A stretch of DNA of 33,469 bases from assembly GCA_033764315.1 (NCBI GenBank), contig JANRJA010000044.1, positions 1 to 33,469 of the forward strand. Direction: 5' to 3'. Positions 26,956 to 33,469 of the stretch are shown here, piece after piece. The translations under genes and the position numbers were made by a program. The first letter of the stretch is position 1. Each line of letters starts with the position of its first letter. Source of the DNA: Oculatellaceae cyanobacterium bins.114 (GTDB lineage: Bacteria; Cyanobacteriota; Cyanobacteriia; Elainellales; Elainellaceae). The notes beneath the pieces were generated by a model. The model saw only the letters and a list, made by a program, of their open reading frames with translations, searched no databases and was not told the DNA's origin.

Positions 26956-29567
26956 GGCAGGTTCTAAAACCGATCATCGTCAGACCTCGTTGGTTTTTGA
27001 GCCGCTCTAAAGCTGCTCTATTTTTGGTTGCCCTGCTAACGGCTGTCTTATGTGTAGCAGTGTCTCCGACGATCGCCATCTTGCCTAACTCTAGAACGGC
27101 TGAGCAACACGTTGTTAATACACCAGAAGCCTTGGAGCAAGAGGGACAACGCCTCTACGAAGCACAGCGATATACAGAGGCGATCGCCTTGCTTCAACAA
27201 GCAGTTCAAGACTATGAGCAACAAGGCAAGCCGTTTCAGCAAGCTATGGCGTTGCGAAATCTGGCGTTGGTTTATCAGGCATTGGGTAATTGGGATGCGG
27301 TAACCCAAACCCTGACTAGTGGTTTTAACCAACTACCCGCCATAGGCGAACCGGATCGGTTTGTGGTAGAAGCGCGATTGCTCGATTTGCAGGGTCTAGC
27401 AGAACTCCATCAGGGGCAGCTTGAACCTGCTCTTGCCACTTGGGAGCAGGCAACCGCGACATATCAGCAGTTAAACGATTCAGAAGGGGCCCTTCGGAGT
27501 CAGGTGAATCAGGCACAAGCCCTCCAATCTTTGGGATTCTATCGTCGTGCGATCGCCACACTCACCCCGCTCACGGAGCAATTGAAACAACAGCCTGACT
27601 TGGTCACAACAGCCGTTGCTTTTCGCAGTTTGGGTGATGCATTGCAATATGTTGGAGCCTTTGACGATGCACAAACTGCCCTAGAAAACAGTTTGGCGAT
27701 CGCTCAACGACTTGACTTACCAGAGCAAATCGCGGCTAGCTATCTCAGTTTGGGCAATATCGCTCGCACTCAGGGCAATGCAGAGGTTGCTTTAGAGTCC
27801 TATCAGTTGGCAGCAAACCAGACGGCATCGCCTTTAATTCAAGCTCAAGCTAATCTTAATCAACTCAGCTTACACATTGAAGAAAGTCAATTTGCAGTCG
27901 CTCAGTCCTCAGTTCCTCAAATTGCTGAACAGTTGGCTCGCCTGCCCCTCAGCCAACCCCTGATCTATGCCAAGGTTAACTTTGCTCAGAGTCTAGTGCA
28001 GTTGAGCGATCGCAACCCCACATCCGCTTTAGTGGAACCTGCGGTTTTGCAAGCGGCTCAAGTGCTCAGTGAAGCTCGACAACAGGCTCAAGCTCTAGAC
28101 GATCCACGAGCAGAGTCATTTGTTGTCGGTAGCTTAGGCAGTTTGTATGAAAAGACTCAACAATGGACAGAGTCGAAACAACTGACTGAGTCTGCATTAG
28201 TGTTGGCACAAGATGCCCGCGCGTTAGATATTGCCTACCGCTGGCAGTGGCAACTGGGGCGGTTACTCAAAGCAGAAGGCAAAGTAGATGAGGCGATCGC
28301 CGCTTATGGTGCAGCGGTGGATACCCTACAAACCCTGCGGACGGATTTAGTCGCCATTAGCCCTGAGGTGCAACTGTCGTTTCAAGAAGGGGTTGAGCCT
28401 GTCCATCGTGAATTTGTGAGTCTGTTGCTTGAGTCAAATCAAGGTGAACCCAGCCAGGAAAATTTAGAAAAAGCTCGTAAGGTGATTGAGTCGCTGCAAC
28501 TGGCAGAGTTAGATAATTTCTTTCGAGAAGCCTGTTTGGATGCAACCCCTGTCGAGATTGATCAGGTTGATCAACAAGCGGCTGTCGTCTACCCCATCAT
28601 GTTGCGCGATCGCTTAGAGGTAATCCTGCGATTGCCACAACACGATTTGCAACGATTTTCGAGTCCAGTTTCTAAAGAGAGGATGGAGACAACCATCACT
28701 CAACTGCGGCGATCGCTCACCAATCGAAGTAGCCGCGTTTTTTTGCCGATCGCTCAACGAATGTATGACTGGCTCATTCGTCCTGTGGAGTCTGAATTAG
28801 CTAATTCAGATGCGAAAACATTGGTATTTGTGTTGGATGGAGCCCTTAGAAATGTGCCCATGTCAGTGCTCCATGATGGTCAAAAATACCTTTTAGAAAA
28901 GTATGATTTGGCACTTACTCCAGGGCTTCAACTCTTGGATCCTCGTCCTTTAGAACGGGATAAGGTAACTGTTTTAGGTGCGGGATTGACCGCAGCCCGA
29001 CAGGGATTTCCAGCATTGCCCAACGTTTTACCAGAGTTAGAACGGATTGGAGAGGAAGTCGCTACACGCACGTTAGTTGATGAAAACTTTACTGGATCTA
29101 CGTTGAAAGAGGCAATCACAGCTAATCCAGCCAGCATTGTGCATATGGCCACTCATGGCAAATTTGGCTCAACATTTGATCAGACTTTTATCTTGACTTG
29201 GGATGGTCAGATCGATATCACGCAGCTAAGCGGGTTATTGCAAAATGCTGACTTGACTCAAAAAAACCCTATTCAACTGCTGGTCTTAAGTGCTTGTCAA
29301 ACCGCCGTGGGGGATAATTTAGCGGCATTGGGACTTGCTGGTATGGCGGTTAGATCGGGTGCTAGAAGTACACTGGCAACGCTATGGCAAGTCAACGATG
29401 AGGCTACGGCCCTTTTGATGGACAAATTTTATGATGGCTTAATTGCCAAAAACTTAACTAAAGCAGATGCTTTACGGCAAGCTCAGCTTGAAGTGATGGC
29501 TATCCCTGAATTTCGCAGGCACCCCTATTACTGGGCACCTTATATCTTGGTGGGGAATTGGTTATAG
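26907..29567 (+). CDS. TPR + CHAT domain protein (caspase-HetF-like protease)
   Basis: N-terminal hydrophobic segment, TPRs, LQLAELDNFFREAC, HMATHG, LVLSACQTA and HPYYWAPYILVGNWL; overlaps the tpsB 3' end by 49 nt. Confidence 0.93.
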   Translation: MARKRSLFLGRLQSFLRQVLKPIIVRPRWFLSRSKAALFLVALLTAVLCVAVSPTIAILPNSRTAEQHVVNTPEALEQEGQRLYEAQRYTEAIALLQQAVQDYEQQGKPFQQAMALRNLALVYQALGNWDAVTQTLTSGFNQLPAIGEPDRFVVEARLLDLQGLAELHQGQLEPALATWEQATATYQQLNDSEGALRSQVNQAQALQSLGFYRRAIATLTPLTEQLKQQPDLVTTAVAFRSLGDALQYVGAFDDAQTALENSLAIAQRLDLPEQIAASYLSLGNIARTQGNAEVALESYQLAANQTASPLIQAQANLNQLSLHIEESQFAVAQSSVPQIAEQLARLPLSQPLIYAKVNFAQSLVQLSDRNPTSALVEPAVLQAAQVLSEARQQAQALDDPRAESFVVGSLGSLYEKTQQWTESKQLTESALVLAQDARALDIAYRWQWQLGRLLKAEGKVDEAIAAYGAAVDTLQTLRTDLVAISPEVQLSFQEGVEPVHREFVSLLLESNQGEPSQENLEKARKVIESLQLAELDNFFREACLDATPVEIDQVDQQAAVVYPIMLRDRLEVILRLPQHDLQRFSSPVSKERMETTITQLRRSLTNRSSRVFLPIAQRMYDWLIRPVESELANSDAKTLVFVLDGALRNVPMSVLHDGQKYLLEKYDLALTPGLQLLDPRPLERDKVTVLGAGLTAARQGFPALPNVLPELERIGEEVATRTLVDENFTGSTLKEAITANPASIVHMATHGKFGSTFDQTFILTWDGQIDITQLSGLLQNADLTQKNPIQLLVLSACQTAVGDNLAALGLAGMAVRSGARSTLATLWQVNDEATALLMDKFYDGLIAKNLTKADALRQAQLEVMAIPEFRRHPYYWAPYILVGNWL

Positions 29568-30394
29568 TAAATGGCTCGATAGTGCTCTAAAGCAACGGTC
29601 AGTCGAGCCGTGGTGGGATCAAGTGTGAGGTTCACTGTTTAAGTGGGTATGACTACGCCACCCCAAAATGCTTGCTCAACCAGCATACGAGTATATTAAT
29701 TGCTTAAAGAAATAAATAGATCTTTGCGTAAACTTTATCTCTTGGCTAAATGGGGTTCGGATATACTTACATTAAAAGTCACACACTCCACATCCGGGTT
29801 AATACTGCATCTACTGGGTTACGTTTGATTATTTTGAAAACCTAGAGTGTATTTGAAAATCTCCTGATTACAGTAGTTTTCCTTAGATCTAACTACTTAT
29901 GTTGGGAGGGATATTTTTGTTTGAATAATGCCCCAAGTCTCTCTGAATTCAGCATCCTGGTTTATAAAACTGAATTTTTAGACAGGATAATGCGTGTGGT
30001 TTGACGAGGAGGATGATGTTTTTAAGTCAGGTGCTACCTGGTTTATGGTTGTTTTGAATGAATTAACTTATACCCGTATTACGGATGTGGGTCAGCATAT
30101 TTTTTGCATTGGCTACGTATTTTTCATTAGTCAGGATGAGGTACTTCCACATGACATCGATTGCTGTCTCGATTGCCCCGTTTACTAGAGCAGGAGCTTC
30201 TGTAGATATCTCCTTAGAAAAAGTTAGATCTGAAGCCAGCAGGTTTTAGCCAGGGAATGGCACTCTCAAAGCAATATTGGTCGGATAGATCCTAGAAATC
30301 TGTGGTTTGATTCCTGAAACTCTTGACTCCCTTGGCTCTTTACCCGGTTTGCCAGATGCAAACAATTTATCCACTGCCTTAAGGAAATACACTT

Positions 30395-33300
30395 ATGTCC
30401 TCAATAATCGTCACTTCGCCTATTACATTTACGCTTAATTCTCCTTCACTGCAACCGCTGGTTCAAATTACCCTGGTAGAAGTGTCAGGTGGAGTACAGG
30501 CCACTATTACTGTTTTAGATCCCAATTCTGGAGATATTGCAGGGGTCTTCTTTGACACAGTGGGCAATAAACGTCCTATCGATGTCGTTGGCACGGATGT
30601 TAGCAACGATGTCTTTAGTGCCAATAGTGTGATTAGCGTTAACTCTAGTACTGGTAATGTCACCATGTCTGGTGCAGTCAGCACGGGGTTTGATGTTGGG
30701 GTAGCGATCGAAAAACCAGGATCTGGCTTTGTTCCTAGTACCTCTTTTACGATTCAGGGAGTGACGATCGCAGACTTGTTAGACGCTGGCTCAAGTAGTC
30801 CGTTGCGGTGGGGGGTGCGACTGAATAGCGTATCTGGGGGCAATAAACTGGTGGGAACTGTACCCACTGCTGCCACTATTGGCGATCGCGTCTTTTTAGA
30901 TAGTGATGCCGATGGCATTCAGGATACAGGTGAATTAGGGGTCGCTAATGTGACAGTGCAACTGCTCAATAGCAATGGTGCCGTTGTGGGGTCTGACACC
31001 ACCGATAGTAACGGCAATTATAGTTTTAAGGTTGCGTCAGCGGGCACTTATAGCGTCAAGTTTTTGGCTCCAAGCGGTTACTCGTTTAGTCCTAGAGATC
31101 AAGGCAGTGATACGCTCGATAGCGATGCTGATGGTGTGACAGGTCAAACGGCGGCGATCGCGGTTACAGCCGGACAAACCAGATTAGATGTGGATGCGGG
31201 TCTAGTTCCCCTGAGTCTCGTTGGTGATCGCGTTTTTCTCGATAGCAATGGCAATGGGCTGCAAGACAACAACGAATCCGGGCTAAGTGGTGTCACCGTC
31301 AAGTTGTTAAATAGCACGGGCAGTCAGGTTTTAGCCACAACCACAACCAATGCCAACGGTCTCTACAGCTTCAGTGCGTTGCCCGGAACTTACAAGGTTC
31401 AGTTTGTCGCCCCCAATGGATATTCCTTTAGTCCTCAAGATCAGGGCAGCGATACGCTTGATAGTGACGCCAATGCCACCGGATTAACCGGAGCGATCAC
31501 AGTTAACCTCGGAGCAAACAATACTTCAGTGGATGCGGGTCTGCTAATTCCTGCAACGATTGGCGATCTCGTATTTTTAGATGTCAATGGCAATGGAATT
31601 AAGGACACAGGAGAATCTGGGGTTGCTAATGTCACCGTCAATTTGCTAAACAGCACAGGCAGTCAGGTTTTGGCGACAACCACAACCAATGCCAGTGGTG
31701 CTTACAGCTTCAGTACATTGCCTGGAACCTATCAAGTTCAGTTTGTTGCTCCAACTGGCTATTCCTTTAGCCCTCAAGGTCAGGGCAGCGACACACTCGA
31801 TAGTAATGCCGATCCACTGACTGGATTGACCGGCCCTATTACGGTTGCGTCTGGAGCGACCAACACTTCGATCGATGCGGGTCTGCTCAATGTCAAACTC
31901 GATGCAGCCATAACATTTGACTTCAATGCCTCCTCTTCGGCTTTAAAGCAGCGACTGTTTGACGAAGATGGGGTTGATAGCAATGGCGACGGCAAACTTG
32001 AGTTTGTCAATACGGCTCTTCTCGCCCCTGAGGCGGGTGCAACCTTCGTCCAAAATATTGCAATCACCAATAGCGGAACCACGGCTGCTAGCAATGCTGT
32101 TGTGGCGATTCGAGGCATTCATCCGTTTATTCAGTTGACGGGTGTGACTGGGGCAGGAAGCAGCATCTCTGGTGTGACAACGGTTGGCAACACAACGACT
32201 TACCTCATTACAATTCCAACGATCGCCGCGGGTCAAACGGTTAGATTAAACGCCACCTCCCAGGTGGTTAACAATACCAGCACCGTGAATCTTACTCCTA
32301 CAAACTTCGAGTTTGTCTTAGAGGATGATCCTACGACTGCGGTTGACTTTGGTGATGCTACGGCTAGCGGCAAACTCTACTTGAGTGAAATTGGGTACAA
32401 CAAAACAGCCGGAGAAACTGAGTTTAGCTTTGACTCGTTTGCTCGTAATTTGTTGGAGGTCGATCTAGGCAACAATAACACCGTTGATGCCAGTCAGAAC
32501 CTCAGCCTACTCAGAATAGATGGTACGTTGAACACCGCCAGTGGTGATACTCATAAGCTCTTCACCACGGATGCGATCGAAGGGGACATGGATTTGTTAG
32601 TCCGGGCACCTATCAGAGGGTTGAGTAATCCTATCCTGGGTACTCTACAGCTTCTTTGGGGGCTTGACCGCAATATCACTGCCGCAGAATTTCAGGCATT
32701 AGTCAATAGTTCAAGTCCTGACGGGTTTGACCTGTTTATTGATGCTATAGATCAAGGCTTGGGTAATCGCAGAAGTGCGGTGGATTCTTTGGTGAAAGAT
32801 GGGCAAACCGTTACGGCACAGCTCACAGGTACGTCTTACTCTCCGGATGGCACTCGTATAGGAGCATTTGGGCAAGCAGCTCAAGCGGGTAACTTGATCG
32901 CGACTGACTCGATAGTGGAAGTCACCTTCACAGGAGGCTCGTTCCAAACCTTTGTTAATGGGCTGAATCCGAATTCCACCTACCGCATCGTTCTTGCTAA
33001 TCCCATTAACACCATTGATTTTGCCCGTTATTCAGGCACTCCTACCATTCTAGAAATTGTGTTGCCGTCGGGTCAAAATACGCTAACTATTAACAACCAA
33101 GTCGATCGAGAAGCCTTAGATCTCCGTTCTATCAAGGTGTTACAGTTTGACCGAAAAACTTTAGCCAATGTCACTATCACAGGCGATCGCGGCAGAAACG
33201 TGCAAATCGACAATATCATTGGCACGCTCGGCTCTGACGCCATCAATGGTCTAAATGGTAGCGATACATTGAATGGCTTTTTGGGGAATGACAGTCTTGT

Positions 33301-33469
33301 GGGGGGTTCTGGCTCCGATGTCCTCAATGGGGGGCAGGGAGATGATACATTGACTGGCGGACAAGCCCAAGACTTATTTGTCTTTGACCGACTGTTTGGC
33401 AGTGACATCATCACCGACTTTGCTTCTAATGAAAAGATTGATCTGAGAGCCTTGGGGTTAACGTCTGCT
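30395..33469 (+). CDS. Large secreted adhesin-like protein (3 SdrD B-like repeats, DUF11-like region, RTX Ca-binding repeats); truncated by the window end
   Basis: ATG 30395 after SD AAGGA (30381); GD(R/L)VFLD repeats in frame at 30881, 31223 and 31562; [24 protein letters not shown] and DIITDF..EKIDL near the end; no N-terminal signal peptide. Confidence 0.9.
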   Translation, partial: MSSIIVTSPITFTLNSPSLQPLVQITLVEVSGGVQATITVLDPNSGDIAGVFFDTVGNKRPIDVVGTDVSNDVFSANSVISVNSSTGNVTMSGAVSTGFDVGVAIEKPGSGFVPSTSFTIQGVTIADLLDAGSSSPLRWGVRLNSVSGGNKLVGTVPTAATIGDRVFLDSDADGIQDTGELGVANVTVQLLNSNGAVVGSDTTDSNGNYSFKVASAGTYSVKFLAPSGYSFSPRDQGSDTLDSDADGVTGQTAAIAVTAGQTRLDVDAGLVPLSLVGDRVFLDSNGNGLQDNNESGLSGVTVKLLNSTGSQVLATTTTNANGLYSFSALPGTYKVQFVAPNGYSFSPQDQGSDTLDSDANATGLTGAITVNLGANNTSVDAGLLIPATIGDLVFLDVNGNGIKDTGESGVANVTVNLLNSTGSQVLATTTTNASGAYSFSTLPGTYQVQFVAPTGYSFSPQGQGSDTLDSNADPLTGLTGPITVASGATNTSIDAGLLNVKLDAAITFDFNASSSALKQRLFDEDGVDSNGDGKLEFVNTALLAPEAGATFVQNIAITNSGTTAASNAVVAIRGIHPFIQLTGVTGAGSSISGVTTVGNTTTYLITIPTIAAGQTVRLNATSQVVNNTSTVNLTPTNFEFVLEDDPTTAVDFGDATASGKLYLSEIGYNKTAGETEFSFDSFARNLLEVDLGNNNTVDASQNLSLLRIDGTLNTASGDTHKLFTTDAIEGDMDLLVRAPIRGLSNPILGTLQLLWGLDRNITAAEFQALVNSSSPDGFDLFIDAIDQGLGNRRSAVDSLVKDGQTVTAQLTGTSYSPDGTRIGAFGQAAQAGNLIATDSIVEVTFTGGSFQTFVNGLNPNSTYRIVLANPINTIDFARYSGTPTILEIVLPSGQNTLTINNQVDREALDLRSIKVLQFDRKTLANVTITGDRGRNVQIDNIIGTLGSDAINGLNGSDTLNGFLGNDSLVGGSGSDVLNGGQGDDTLTGGQAQDLFVFDRLFGSDIITDFASNEKIDLRALGLTSA
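30875..31890 (+). repeat. Three coding repeats of about 340 bp (SdrD B-like domains)
   Basis: Units start about 342 and 339 nt apart and share GYSFSP.(D/G)QGSDTLDS and DAGL. Confidence 0.85.

Noticed and set aside
22397..29567. Craspase-type or anti-phage caspase defence system
   Set aside because: No Cas7-11, gasdermin, NLR or CBASS genes in the window; export-like signals and TpsB linkage point to an envelope role.
29994..30188. 64-aa ORF upstream of the adhesin
   Set aside because: GTG start, no recognisable family or clear RBS.
30300..30360. c-di-GMP-I riboswitch before the adhesin
   Set aside because: GGCAAAC occurs only antisense to the gene, and the GAAA/GACGCAAA elements are missing.
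31441..33414. Minus-strand ORFs within the adhesin gene
   Set aside because: Antisense shadows of the long + strand ORF.
1..33469. GCGATCGC abundance as a novel repeat
   Set aside because: This is the well-known cyanobacterial HIP1 sequence. Its presence in the accessory-looking genes also argues against recent foreign acquisition.

Overview
Cyanobacterial chromosomal DNA: the HIP1 octamer GCGATCGC is frequent and the gene set is typically cyanobacterial. From left to right: a REP-like repeat, a cNMP-binding protein, SpoIIM and a divergent membrane protein, trmD divergent from the cyanophycin genes cphB-cphA, DUF4870, an orphan MSMEG_0570-family gene with YkvA, a PEP-CTERM surface protein with a 12 x 24-bp Pro/Ser stalk, small exported proteins, a glycosyltransferase, glcE-glcF separated by a GATTAAT repeat array, an atypical Na/Ca-exchanger homologue, and a Crp/Fnr regulator divergent from the cyanoglobin glbN with a perfect TTGAC-N4-GTCAA box. 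Then come rlmN, a small Zn-ribbon gene, and an envelope/protease block: a Tat-signal pseudo-caspase lacking the His/Cys dyad, a divergent TpsB (ShlB/FhaC) gene overlapping a TPR-CHAT protease with an intact dyad, and a >1025-aa SdrD-B/RTX adhesin that the ORF track missed because it runs off the window. No tRNA, rRNA, CRISPR array or transposase was seen. The best candidate for an undescribed system is the pseudo-caspase/TpsB/CHAT/adhesin block. All family calls come from motif recognition by eye, not database searches.
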